Shown here in pieces: positions 20,936 to 30,864 of a DNA stretch of 64,000 nucleotides. The notes under the pieces were generated by a model. The model was given only the letters and a program-made list of their open reading frames with translations. It was not told where the DNA came from and made no database searches. Origin of the DNA: Verrucomicrobiales bacterium (GTDB lineage Bacteria > Verrucomicrobiota > Verrucomicrobiia > Verrucomicrobiales > V1-33); NCBI GenBank assembly GCA_031411295.1, contig JANOAV010000101.1:1-64000 (forward strand). Direction: 5' to 3'. The position numbers and the translations under genes are program-made. Positions within the stretch are counted from its first letter, which is position 1, and the number at the start of each line of letters is the position of its first letter.

Positions 20936-23206
20936 ATGAATCGATTCCATTTAATTTTCTGTTTCCTCCTGACGTGCGGATGGGCTCGCCCGGCAGAAAC
21001 TGGATTTGCACCTGCCGCGATTGAAGCACTGGAATGCGCGGTGGAAACGTCGATTCGCTTGGGCGAAATCCCCGGAGCGGTGGTCTGGGCGGAGCATGCC
21101 GGGCAGCACTATGTGAAGGCCTTCGGCCAACGCCAGTTGCAGCCGTCGCAGGAGGCCATGACCGTCGATACCATCTTCGATCTTGCTTCCCTAACAAAAG
21201 TGGTCGCGACCACGCCCTCCATTTTGCGGCTGCTGGAGCTGGGGCAAGTGGATCTGGCAGCCCCCGTCCAGAAATACCTTCCGGAGTTCAATCATCCGGA
21301 AGTCACGGTGCGTCATCTGATCACCCACAACTCTGGGTTGCCTCCCGGCATCGCCCCTCTCACTGAGAAGAGCTATGCAGCCGGCATCGCCAGCGCCTGT
21401 CAGCAAACGCTGCGGCAGCCACCGGGCACAAAATTTGTTTACAGTGATATCAATTTCATCCTGCTGGGGGAGATCGTCTGCCGCGTCTCCGGCCAGCGCT
21501 TGGATAAATTCGTTACTCAGGAGATCTGGGAGCCACTGGGCATGAAGGAGACCCGCTTCGTGCCTCCCGCCAGCCTGCGCAAGCGGATCGCGCCCACCAC
21601 TCTCCTGGAGGACGGCGTGCTGCGCGGCGTGGTGCATGATCCCACCTCCCGTGCCATGGCTGGAGTCACCGGGCATGCCGGCTGCTTCAGCACCATTGCG
21701 GATGTGGCCAAGTATGCCCGCATGATGCTTAAGTTGGGAGTCGGGGAGGGTGGACGCAGGATCCTCAGTGAAGCCACCGTGCGGCAAGCGACCTCGCGTC
21801 AAAGTCCCACCACGTTTCCTGAACAACGTGGGTTGGGCTGGGACATCGACACCGGTTACTCCAGCCTGCGAGGCGACTATTTCCCATTGGGGAAAAGCTA
21901 TGGCCATACGGGATGGACCGGCACCAGCTTGTGGATCGATCCGGTGTCACAGTCGTTCGTGATTATGCTGGCCAATCGCAATCACCCCAAGGAGAGCGGT
22001 AAGATTCATGATCTTCGCATCAGTGTGGCGAATCAAGCCGCCTTGGCCATGGGCCTGACGCTACCGCCGCCCAGCGCCCCCGTATTGAATGGGATCGACG
22101 TGCTGGAGGCGGCTAATTTCGCTGCGCTGAAAGGGTTGAAGATCGGGTTGATAACCAATCAAACGGGCCGCAATCGAGCCGGGAAATCTACCATCGATCT
22201 GCTTGCCAATGCGCCCGATGTCAAGTTGGTGGCCCTCTTCAGCCCGGAGCATGGCATCCGTGGGCAATTGGATCAGGAAAAAATTAATGATGAGAAAGAT
22301 GCCGCCACCGGGGTGCCGATCTACAGTTTGTATGGCGAGAGTCGCAAACCAAGCGCCACCCAAATGCAGGGGATGGATGCGCTCGTATTCGACATTCAAG
22401 ACATCGGCACCCGCTTTTATACTTACATCGGCACCATGAAGGGGGCCATGGAAGCGGCCAATGCCCAGGGCTTGCGTTTCATGGTGTTGGATCGCGTGAA
22501 TCCAATTGCGGGGGCTGAGGTAGCCGGTCCGCTGGCCCAGCCACCGTGGGCCTTTACATCGTGCCACGCCCTGCCGGTGCGGCACGGGATGACGGTGGGC
22601 GAATTGGCCACGATGTTTAAAGCTGAGGAAAAATGGACCTTGCCGCTGGAGGTGGTGTCGTTGCAGCAGTGGAAGCGAGATCAGTGGCTGGATCAAACGG
22701 GCCTAACCTGGACTAATCCAAGCCCCAACATGCGCAGCCTCACGGCCGCAGCCGTCTATCCGGGCTTGGGATTGGTGGAAATGACCAACGTCAGCGTCGG
22801 CCGCGGCACGGATCAACCGTTTGGTTTGGTGGGAGCGCCTTGGATCAATGCGGAGAAGCTCCAGCGCGCGCTGCGGGCGGAGAAATTACCGGGCGTAGAT
22901 TTCCTCCCGGTGGACTTCACTCCCAGCGCGAGTGTGCACGCCAAAGCGCGGTGCCATGGCGTGCGTTTCGTGGTGTTTGATCGGACTCACTTCGAGCCCC
23001 TGTCGCTGGGCATTGCGGTGGCCGTCGCCTTGAAAGCCCAGGGCGGAGCAACCTTCGAATGGCAGAAAATGTCCAAATTGATGGCCCATCCCGCCGTCCT
23101 CCAAGGCATCGGACAGGGGAAAACCCGCCGGGAGATTGAGGAATTGTGGAAATCAGATTTGCGTTCATTTATGGATCGCAGAAAAGCCTTTTTGCTGTAT
23201 CCTTAG
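20936..23206 (+). CDS. Serine hydrolase (class C beta-lactamase fold) fused to NamZ/DUF1343 exo-beta-N-acetylmuramidase
   Basis: ASLTK (SxxK), YSD, GHTGWTG; second half GLITNQTG, FSPEHG, DIQDIGTRFYTY, PSPNMR. Confidence 0.92.
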   Translation: MNRFHLIFCFLLTCGWARPAETGFAPAAIEALECAVETSIRLGEIPGAVVWAEHAGQHYVKAFGQRQLQPSQEAMTVDTIFDLASLTKVVATTPSILRLLELGQVDLAAPVQKYLPEFNHPEVTVRHLITHNSGLPPGIAPLTEKSYAAGIASACQQTLRQPPGTKFVYSDINFILLGEIVCRVSGQRLDKFVTQEIWEPLGMKETRFVPPASLRKRIAPTTLLEDGVLRGVVHDPTSRAMAGVTGHAGCFSTIADVAKYARMMLKLGVGEGGRRILSEATVRQATSRQSPTTFPEQRGLGWDIDTGYSSLRGDYFPLGKSYGHTGWTGTSLWIDPVSQSFVIMLANRNHPKESGKIHDLRISVANQAALAMGLTLPPPSAPVLNGIDVLEAANFAALKGLKIGLITNQTGRNRAGKSTIDLLANAPDVKLVALFSPEHGIRGQLDQEKINDEKDAATGVPIYSLYGESRKPSATQMQGMDALVFDIQDIGTRFYTYIGTMKGAMEAANAQGLRFMVLDRVNPIAGAEVAGPLAQPPWAFTSCHALPVRHGMTVGELATMFKAEEKWTLPLEVVSLQQWKRDQWLDQTGLTWTNPSPNMRSLTAAAVYPGLGLVEMTNVSVGRGTDQPFGLVGAPWINAEKLQRALRAEKLPGVDFLPVDFTPSASVHAKARCHGVRFVVFDRTHFEPLSLGIAVAVALKAQGGATFEWQKMSKLMAHPAVLQGIGQGKTRREIEELWKSDLRSFMDRRKAFLLYP

Positions 23207-23224
23207 CCATCCCGCCCCTCCTCC

Positions 23225-25087
23225 ATGCCTTCGGTTCGCTCTTTCATAGTTTCTTGCGTCCTCTGCTTCCAGAGTAGCGTGGCGCTGTGGGCTCAAGTGC
23301 CGGAAGTAGCGGTTGCGCCCCCGCCCCCGGTTTCAGCTCCAGCTCCGCCCCCGGCTCCAGTTCATTTTGTCCGACCGGACCTCAATCCTGCCACGTGGGA
23401 CTTGGGCGGGGTGACGTTGAATGAGGAACAACAGGATGAACTGACGGAAGTGTTAGCCAGTTTGGTGCGGGACTATCCCTCGCAATCAGCGGTCACCCTG
23501 CCATGGAAATCGCGCCTGCTCGCCATCTTGCTGCGGCTGCGTCCACTGCATCGCCATGGTCTGATCGCCTGCGGCCAATTGGCCCGCGGGGTGGTTCCCA
23601 AGCCATTGCAGGCATCCCCCCCGCCATTGGATCGGCCGGCGTTGGTGCTCCTGAAATTTGCCACCCTCCTCCTCGACAACGCCAACGACAAGACGTCGCC
23701 CAACTACGTGCTGGGGTGGCATCTGCTCGATGCTGCCGCCCAATTTGATAAATCGAATCGGTTGGTCCAGGAATCCTTTAGCAAAGAGGCCCCGCCCTTG
23801 AAATGGAACGTCCTCGTGCCACGTCCTACCAATCGGAATGCGATTCAGGATGAGGAAACGCCGGATTTGCGGAAAACCAGCAGTGCCATCCAAATGTTTC
23901 TTTTTGGAGAAGCTCGTGGCCCCAATCAGCCGGTCTTGCAATCCGCGCGCTGTGAGGCCAGTCGGCAGCCCAATGGGGCTCGGCAGTCGCTGGAGTTGCT
24001 GTTGCCGAAGAACCTGGATAAAGCCACCGAGGCTGCGCTGCCGCAAATTAAGCAATTGCTGCAACTGAGGCATCCCCAATGGCCGGGCGGATGGCGCGTG
24101 GATGTCTCCGAGTTCGGGGTTCCCAATACAGCCCAGGCCGGAGTGCCGCTCGGTCTGGCCATGCTCTTGGATTCGCTCCTGGGTGGGTATGAGTTGGAGC
24201 CGCAGACTTACCTCGCCTGCGGGTTGGAACCCTCCACCGGCAAGATCGTGCGCACGTTCTCCACCGAGGCCCTGTTAAAAATCTCCGCCACCCTGCCGGC
24301 CGATGCCCTCCTCATCGTGTCGGAGTTGGACCTAACCGAAGTGCAGGACTTGTTGATCGTGTCCCCCGACCGCTGGACCGAATTCCTGGCGGCGCATTGG
24401 TGTGTGGCGCGGAACCTTAGCGAATGCGCTGCGCTGCTCACCAATGATCGACCACCCACCCTGCAGCGGACTTTGCAGGATGGAGCCTCCATCATCCACC
24501 GCGTCCGCCAAGGTGGGATGGTCAGTCTGCGCTCCGAGGCGACCACCATGGCGCTCGCACAGTTGCTGAAATCCTACCCCAACGATCAAACCGCCACGGT
24601 GCTGGAAATGATCGCGCTCAAGAAATTTCCCGCGCAACTTAGCCTCGGCGGTGCCATGAATGTCTTGGGCCGACTTGGCACCCCCGTCACTCAGGCGGGC
24701 GGGCGCAACTTCAACCCGAACGTGCTCTGGAAGGATAAACTCAGCGCCACCCCATGGAACAAGTGCAAGATTCAGATCGACCGTTTGCGTCCGCTCCTGC
24801 CCCCTGAAGCCAAGGCTTACGCCGATGGACTGGTGGATCTGGCCAAAATGTATGACTCCATGGCGCTGTATCCACCCATCTCGAATCCCGTGCGTTTAGA
24901 AAACGAACGCCGCGTCAAAGAAGCCCGCATCCGCCTGAGAGCAGCATTTCAAGAGTTCCGACTCAAGATCCCCAAACGCCAAACCGTAACCGCCGAAGCC
25001 CCACCTCTGCCCGATCCTCCCGCTCAGAATCCTTCCGTGCCACCAACCGACGGAGAGCCAGTGCCTGGCGAGGGGCGCCCATTTTGA
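23225..25087 (+). CDS. Secreted hypothetical protein with possible degenerate Lon/S16-like domain
   Basis: Signal peptide, Pro-rich ends; LAMLLDSLLGG..TYLACGL..GKI segment resembles an S16 proteolytic domain. Confidence 0.55.
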   Translation: MPSVRSFIVSCVLCFQSSVALWAQVPEVAVAPPPPVSAPAPPPAPVHFVRPDLNPATWDLGGVTLNEEQQDELTEVLASLVRDYPSQSAVTLPWKSRLLAILLRLRPLHRHGLIACGQLARGVVPKPLQASPPPLDRPALVLLKFATLLLDNANDKTSPNYVLGWHLLDAAAQFDKSNRLVQESFSKEAPPLKWNVLVPRPTNRNAIQDEETPDLRKTSSAIQMFLFGEARGPNQPVLQSARCEASRQPNGARQSLELLLPKNLDKATEAALPQIKQLLQLRHPQWPGGWRVDVSEFGVPNTAQAGVPLGLAMLLDSLLGGYELEPQTYLACGLEPSTGKIVRTFSTEALLKISATLPADALLIVSELDLTEVQDLLIVSPDRWTEFLAAHWCVARNLSECAALLTNDRPPTLQRTLQDGASIIHRVRQGGMVSLRSEATTMALAQLLKSYPNDQTATVLEMIALKKFPAQLSLGGAMNVLGRLGTPVTQAGGRNFNPNVLWKDKLSATPWNKCKIQIDRLRPLLPPEAKAYADGLVDLAKMYDSMALYPPISNPVRLENERRVKEARIRLRAAFQEFRLKIPKRQTVTAEAPPLPDPPAQNPSVPPTDGEPVPGEGRPF

Positions 25088-25109
25088 GGTGGACTCGGCC
25101 TTCAGATCC

Positions 25110-26258
25110 TCAATACCAAGCCACGCTGGCATCGATCTCCTTGGACCAGGCGTTGATGCCGCCAGCGACGTTGCGGACGTTGGGGTAGCCGTTGGCGCGC
25201 AGAATGTCCACTGCTTTGGCACTGCGGCCGCCGGCTTTGCAATGGATCGCAATGTCGCGATCCTGCGGGATCTCGCTGAGGCGCTTTTCGATCTCTCCCA
25301 GGGGAATGGCCAGGGCGCCGGGGAGTTGGGCGATGGCGAGTTCGAATGGTTCCCGGACATCGATGAGGAGGAAATTTGGCGGCGGATTCTGGAGGACGCT
25401 GGCGAGTTCCTGGACAGTCATTTCGGTGGGAGTGGAAGATTTCATGGCGCAGTTGTCGGCGGCTCCGCAGAAGGAGTCGTAGTCGATGGGTTGGGGGAGG
25501 GTGGGGGAGGTTCCGCAGACGACGCAGGCAGGGTCACGGCGGAGCTTGAATTCACGGAAGCGCATCGCCAAAGCATCGAAATGCACTAACCTTCCGGCCA
25601 GGCTCTCGCCCAGACCGGTGAGAGATTTCACGGCTTCGGTGGCTTGGATCAAGCCAATGATGCCCGGTAGAATCCCCAGCACGCCGCTCTCAGCGCACGT
25701 CGGCACCATGCCTGGAGCGGGTGGTGTAGGCAGGAAACAGCGGTAACACGGCCCGCCCAGATGCGGCGCAAAGACCGTCGCCTGGCCCTCGAAGCGGAGG
25801 ATGCTGCCGTAAATGTTGGGCTTCTGCTGCCAGACCGCGGTATCGCTACTGAGGTAACGCGTGGCGAAATTATCCGACCCATCCAGCACCACATCGAAGC
25901 GCGAAACAAGCTCCGCCGCGTTGGTGGCGGTGAATCGCTCGGGGAAAATTTCCACGGTGACATCAGGATTCACGCTGCGGAGTCGATCCTGGGCGGCCTC
26001 CGCTTTCAAGCGACCCACGTCCTCCGAGGTGTAAAGCAACTGACGATGCAGATTGCTGGCGTCCACGCGGTCCGCATCCACAATGCCGATGCGGCCCACT
26101 CCGGCTGCCGCCAGATACGTCAGTGCTGGCGATCCCAGCCCGCCCGCTCCAATGCACAGCACGGAACCGCGACGCAATCTGGACTGGCCTTCCATCCCGA
26201 ATTCGGGGATCGAAAACTGTCTGGCGTAGCGATGAAGTTCGCGTGGGCTGAAAGACAT
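25110..26258 (-). CDS. moeB: Molybdopterin-synthase adenylyltransferase MoeB with rhodanese domain (MoeZ type)
   Basis: RYARQ, GAGGLG, SNLHRQ, CYRC / CVVC Zn motifs, rhodanese IDVRE..HCKAGGRS. Confidence 0.93.
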   Translation of the reverse strand: MSFSPRELHRYARQFSIPEFGMEGQSRLRRGSVLCIGAGGLGSPALTYLAAAGVGRIGIVDADRVDASNLHRQLLYTSEDVGRLKAEAAQDRLRSVNPDVTVEIFPERFTATNAAELVSRFDVVLDGSDNFATRYLSSDTAVWQQKPNIYGSILRFEGQATVFAPHLGGPCYRCFLPTPPAPGMVPTCAESGVLGILPGIIGLIQATEAVKSLTGLGESLAGRLVHFDALAMRFREFKLRRDPACVVCGTSPTLPQPIDYDSFCGAADNCAMKSSTPTEMTVQELASVLQNPPPNFLLIDVREPFELAIAQLPGALAIPLGEIEKRLSEIPQDRDIAIHCKAGGRSAKAVDILRANGYPNVRNVAGGINAWSKEIDASVAWY

Positions 26259-26283
26259 AACTTGGGGCTGTGGGTAGTGAGCC

Positions 26284-28797
26284 TTAGGCCTGCCAATTCT
26301 GTTGCATCCCTTTGTCGGTCTTCAGATAAGGCAACCAGGCCAGACCAAAGGCGGAGATGACAATGTTCTTTTTCAGCGGCCGCAGGCTTTCCGTGGTGAA
26401 TTCAAGGTTGGCGGGATCGCACTGACGTTTCATTTCATCGATCTGTTCCTGCGCCTCCTCATTGAGGGCGGCAATCTCCGCCTCCACTTCGGCTAACTTT
26501 TCTTCGGCGGCTCGCAGGTCTCCGGTTTCCTTCCATGCCTTGCCTGCACCGCGCGCCGAGCGGGCCCCACTGGTGATGGTGGAGCTGCTGGTCTTCCGAC
26601 CAAACAGCACTCCGAGAATCGTCTGGCCAATGCTTACTGCCGTGCTCACCTTGGCCGCCCGGGCTTCGGCCTGCTGCTTGTCCACGCCTGCCTGCGCGCG
26701 GGCGAGATCGTCTTGCAGTGAGGCGACCTTGGCCCCGTATTTCTTGCGGATCAGGTCCAGTTTCTCATCCCGCACCTCGCGTAATTTCTGGCCGATGCGA
26801 TTGCGGAAGTCGTCCTCCGATTCGTCTGCGGTGCTGTAATCATTCGTCATGGCGCAGTAGGTCAAATCCACCGTCTCATGCTCCGAAGCCCACGCTGCAA
26901 AGGAATCGCGGGCCGCCGTGTAAGTCTTCGATTGCCGGGCGAAGTCGGGCAGCGCCTCCCACTCCACCGGGCCATCCACGGGTTGGCGGGAAAGTTTATT
27001 GGGGTCGAACTCGATGCGCGTTCCCTTGTCGGGATCGATCGTGATCATGTCCTCGGTTAGTTTGTTCACGAGGATGACCTTCTTTTTCGCGAACACGTCC
27101 TTCGACGCATCGTTGATGGAAATTTCCGCCGCCCGGAAGGCTGCCGGAAGGTAGATCATGGTGTCATCCGAATCCTTGATCGGTGGGAAATAGAATTGCT
27201 CAATCGTGCTTGGCACGCTGGGCCGACCATCTGCGCTGGCGGATGGAGTGGCTGCTTCTGCTGGTTCATCTTCGTTTGGTTCGGCTTCCGCGGCATCGGA
27301 GTCCGCCGGTTTGCCTTTCAAGGCGCCCTTGGGCTTGCGCTTGGCTGCGCCTGGAGGAGCCGCGTATTTCTTGCGCTGCGGGTCCATCAGGCTCTTGATC
27401 TGGTTTCGTGTTAGCGGTCCGCGCAGATAAGTCATGACCCAGCGCACTTGGAAGACCACCGGGCCGTCCTCGTGCGTATTGTTCATCAGGAAAATCCGAT
27501 TGCCCAGACCCGCCAGCAGCGTGTCCAGACTGGCGCGGTTAAAGTTGGCGTTTTGCGAACTGGCCGCGCCCTCCAAGCCATCCAGAACGCGATTCTTATC
27601 CCGCTCGGTTTGCAGGCGACCCAGAAACCACGTTCCGATATTGGACAGCGCCTTGTAGTCCAGATCCACGGGATTCTGCGTGGCCAGCAGCATCCCCACG
27701 CCAAATGCCCGGGCCTGCTTCAGCAGCAGCATCAACGGCTTTTTGGACGGCGGATTCTGCGTCGGTGGCAGGTAGCCGTAGATTTCATCCATATAAACCA
27801 AGGCCCGCAAACTGGTGGTGCCAGATTGCCCACGCATCCAGCCGACTGTCTGATTCAGCAGGAGGGACACAAAGAACATCCGCTCGCTGTCGCTCAAGTG
27901 CGCCAGACTGTAGATGGCGATGCGCGGTTTGGCCTTCTCCCCGTAGAGCATTTTCTTGATGTCCAGTGGCTCGCCTGTCATCCACGTGGCGAAGCCCGGG
28001 CTGGCGAGCAAACTGTTGATCTGCATCGCGAGTTCGTTGCGTTTCTTGGGCGGATAGAAATCGTCCACCGCAATGACCCCGATCGTGGGGAACGGCGGTT
28101 TCTGCACGTATTCGATGATGCTGCCAAGATCCAAATTCTCGTTCTCGTGCCAACAGTGATTCAGGATGTTGGAGAGCAGGATGTGCTCCGGACTCTTAAT
28201 GGGATCAGCGGTGATCCCACAGAGCCCCAGAATGCTGCTCACGGTGCTTTCCACGCGATCACCCAGCAGCTCAGCATCATCCAAGATTTCGAACTCCGGC
28301 ACCTGCATGGAAGTCAGAATGCTAACCGGAATGCCGGCATTGCTGCCCGGAGTGTAAACCGTGATATCCACCTTGTCCCGCATCTGCTTGATGCGATCCC
28401 CACTCTGCCCCCAGTCGGCCAAGCCCTTTTTCCACATGGTGGCCTGGGCCGCCGCAAAGTCATCCGGGGACAGCCCCTTCTTGGCGGCATCATCCTCGTT
28501 GATCCAAGGGCGAAACTCAGACGGACTCAGATCGGGAAAGGTCAGACAGAAGTTGGCGATATCTCCCTTGGGATCGATCACGATAGCCGGAATGCCATCC
28601 ATGGCGGCCTCTTCCAGCAAGGTGAGACAAAGGCCAGTCTTCCCGGAACCCGTCATGCCCATGACCACCCCGTGAGTCACCAGATCCTTGGAATCATACA
28701 TCACCAACTTGTCCTCCATGGTCTTGGTTTTCTGGTCGTATTCACGACCCAGATAGAAGCTGCCTAGCTTTTCATAATCTTCAACGTTGATTTGCAT
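26284..28797 (-). CDS. HerA/FtsK-like P-loop ATPase (DUF87/DUF853-like) with C-terminal coiled coil
   Basis: Walker A GMTGSGKT, IDPKGD, Walker B YMDE, LATQNP; start placed at MQINV. Confidence 0.85.
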   Translation of the reverse strand: MQINVEDYEKLGSFYLGREYDQKTKTMEDKLVMYDSKDLVTHGVVMGMTGSGKTGLCLTLLEEAAMDGIPAIVIDPKGDIANFCLTFPDLSPSEFRPWINEDDAAKKGLSPDDFAAAQATMWKKGLADWGQSGDRIKQMRDKVDITVYTPGSNAGIPVSILTSMQVPEFEILDDAELLGDRVESTVSSILGLCGITADPIKSPEHILLSNILNHCWHENENLDLGSIIEYVQKPPFPTIGVIAVDDFYPPKKRNELAMQINSLLASPGFATWMTGEPLDIKKMLYGEKAKPRIAIYSLAHLSDSERMFFVSLLLNQTVGWMRGQSGTTSLRALVYMDEIYGYLPPTQNPPSKKPLMLLLKQARAFGVGMLLATQNPVDLDYKALSNIGTWFLGRLQTERDKNRVLDGLEGAASSQNANFNRASLDTLLAGLGNRIFLMNNTHEDGPVVFQVRWVMTYLRGPLTRNQIKSLMDPQRKKYAAPPGAAKRKPKGALKGKPADSDAAEAEPNEDEPAEAATPSASADGRPSVPSTIEQFYFPPIKDSDDTMIYLPAAFRAAEISINDASKDVFAKKKVILVNKLTEDMITIDPDKGTRIEFDPNKLSRQPVDGPVEWEALPDFARQSKTYTAARDSFAAWASEHETVDLTYCAMTNDYSTADESEDDFRNRIGQKLREVRDEKLDLIRKKYGAKVASLQDDLARAQAGVDKQQAEARAAKVSTAVSIGQTILGVLFGRKTSSSTITSGARSARGAGKAWKETGDLRAAEEKLAEVEAEIAALNEEAQEQIDEMKRQCDPANLEFTTESLRPLKKNIVISAFGLAWLPYLKTDKGMQQNWQA

Positions 28798-28942
28798 GAT
28801 GGAAACGGGTGTTAGGGGAAAATAAATTCGCTCGATCATCCAACCGCCGCTGCCCGGTGTCAAGGTGCGGACAGGAAATTGTCGGTGCGCGCGAGAGGGG
28901 GAACCTCTGAAGCTTGGTTCTCGGCTCACACCAACCCACGCA

Positions 28943-28970
28943 CAAGGGCGACTGTTTCCAGTCGCCCTTG
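28943..28970 (-). terminator. Hairpin downstream of rplQ, probable terminator
   Basis: 12-bp perfect stem caagggcgactg / cagtcgcccttg with a GAAA loop on the minus strand; weak U tract. Confidence 0.65.
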
Positions 28971-28994
28971 GCAGAATTTGCTGAAACCTGAAGC

Positions 28995-29399
28995 TTACGC
29001 TGCAGAGGTTTCTTCAGCAGCAGGAGCAGCCGCTGGGGTCACCACTTGGTCCACCCACTCGATGAACGCCATGGGGGCGCTGTCGGTTTGGCGTTGGCCG
29101 AGTTTGGTGATCCGGGTGTAACCACCTTGGCGGTCTTTGGAACCGGGAGCGATGACGGCAAAGAGTTCTCTCACCGCGTCGTCGCTGTGGATGTAACCTT
29201 TGACGAGTCGGCGGGCGTGGACATCGCCACGTTTGCCGAGAGTCACCATTTTCTCAGCAAAGGGGCGCACGGCCTTGGCTTTGGCGAGGGTGGTTTTGAT
29301 TTGCTTGTGCTCGATCAGGCTGACAACGAGATTTGCGAGAAGCGCATCACGATGGTCTCCCCGGCGTTGGAGTTTTACTGTCTTACGACCGTGTCTCAT
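28995..29399 (-). CDS. rplQ: 50S ribosomal protein L17
   Basis: MRHG..KLQR..HR.ALL.NL, IKTTLAKAK, GGYTRI.KLG.R..D.APMA. Confidence 0.99.
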   Translation of the reverse strand: MRHGRKTVKLQRRGDHRDALLANLVVSLIEHKQIKTTLAKAKAVRPFAEKMVTLGKRGDVHARRLVKGYIHSDDAVRELFAVIAPGSKDRQGGYTRITKLGQRQTDSAPMAFIEWVDQVVTPAAAPAAEETSAA

Positions 29400-29454
29400 A
29401 GAATTAGTAGGGTTTTAAAGGTGGAAAATTGGTTGTATGGAAGGGGCGCGGATT

Positions 29455-30570
29455 CTAGTCGTCGTCTCCGTCTCCGTCAAGGTTTTGATTGATCAAATCA
29501 GCGAGACCGCCGCCTTTGTCATCGTCTTCCTTGTAGTAGCTGAAGGCGGAGATGCCTGTGCGGGCCGCACCAGCACCAAACGGTTCGAGTAGTCCGTGGT
29601 CGAATTTCATTCCAAGATTGAGGCCCAGCTCGGAAAGCTTGTCCTTGATCTCGTTGAGGGATTTCTTGCCGAAGTTGCGGTATTTGAGCATTTCCGCCTC
29701 GGACTTCATCGTGAGCTGGCCCACGGAAGTGATGTTGGCGTTGTTCAAGCAGTTGGCCGCCCGGACGGAGAGTTCGATCTCGTTGACGCTCATATTCAGC
29801 AGCTTGCGGAGTTCGGAATTTTCTTCGGTTTGAGCTTCGGGAGCGGATTCGAATTCGACTTGGTTGTCGTCGTAGGAAACGAAGACGTCAAGGTGCTTGC
29901 GCAGGATGGCGCTGGCTTGCGTCAGCGCGTCATGCGGGGAAATGCGACCGTCGGTCCAGATTTCCAGGTTCAACTTATCATAGTCCGTCTTTTGACCCAC
30001 CCGGGTATTTTCCACGCCATAACGCACGCGGGTCACGGGGGAGAAGATGGAATCAATGGGGATAATCCCGATTGGGGTGTCCGCACGCTTGTTTTCGTCG
30101 CCAGAGGAGAAACCACGGCCCACACGGACTTCCAGTTCGCATTCGAACTTCACCTTGCGGTCCAAGGTGCAAATGTGCTGGTCTTTATTAATCACCGAAT
30201 ACTGGAGGTCCTCGCGGATGTCACCAGCGGTCACCACCCCGTCGCGCTCGACGTTGATGGTCAGAATTTTTGGCTCTTTAAGATCCGAGTGGGAGAATTT
30301 GACCTTCTTGAGGTTCAGGACGATGTCCGTCACGTCTTCAACGATGCCGGGCAGGTTGCAGAATTCATGGGGCGCACCCTTGATTTTGACAGAAGTGATG
30401 GCAGCACCTTCGAGGGAAGAAAGGAGCACTCGGCGCAAGGAATTTCCAATCGTGTAACCGTAACCGCCTTCAAAAGGCTCAGCGACGAATTTGGAAAAAG
30501 TGTCAGTTGCGGTGGCATCGTCTTTTTGCAGACGATTCGGCATTTCGAACCGGGCTAAGCGAACAGGCAT
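29455..30570 (-). CDS. rpoA: DNA-directed RNA polymerase subunit alpha
   Basis: EPFEGGYG.TIGNSLRRVLLSS, DSIFSPV, alpha-CTD ELSVRAANCL / NFGKKSL; start placed at MPVRL. Confidence 0.99.
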   Translation of the reverse strand: MPVRLARFEMPNRLQKDDATATDTFSKFVAEPFEGGYGYTIGNSLRRVLLSSLEGAAITSVKIKGAPHEFCNLPGIVEDVTDIVLNLKKVKFSHSDLKEPKILTINVERDGVVTAGDIREDLQYSVINKDQHICTLDRKVKFECELEVRVGRGFSSGDENKRADTPIGIIPIDSIFSPVTRVRYGVENTRVGQKTDYDKLNLEIWTDGRISPHDALTQASAILRKHLDVFVSYDDNQVEFESAPEAQTEENSELRKLLNMSVNEIELSVRAANCLNNANITSVGQLTMKSEAEMLKYRNFGKKSLNEIKDKLSELGLNLGMKFDHGLLEPFGAGAARTGISAFSYYKEDDDKGGGLADLINQNLDGDGDDD

Positions 30571-30864
30571 GTTGGTGGGGTGGTAGTATTCTAGTTGCCG
30601 GGTTACCTCTGACGAGCACAAGTTGTGAGTGGATTCACGACCTGCAGAGACCTACGGCAAAATTTGATGGCTCGCGGGGAGTGCGCATGAAACACGGCCC
30701 CTTAAATATTGCAAGTAGAAAAATCTTGACCTTTTGATAATTTTTGCTGGAGCCGGGAATTTTGCCACGAACCTGTGCAAATGGAAGACTCTTAACTATC
30801 GTTTTAATTCCCACCAAGAAATGCGACTTGATTTGCATAGGAAAACTCTTAGTTAAACGACATT

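Noticed and set aside
27448..28767. 439-aa antisense ORF (similarly 15920-16990 and 29596-30558)
   Set aside because: These are shadow ORFs opposite well-supported genes, which is typical of GC-rich codon bias.
26284..28797. HerA-type anti-phage defence system
   Set aside because: No adjacent nuclease or Sir2 partner; the gene is flanked by housekeeping genes.
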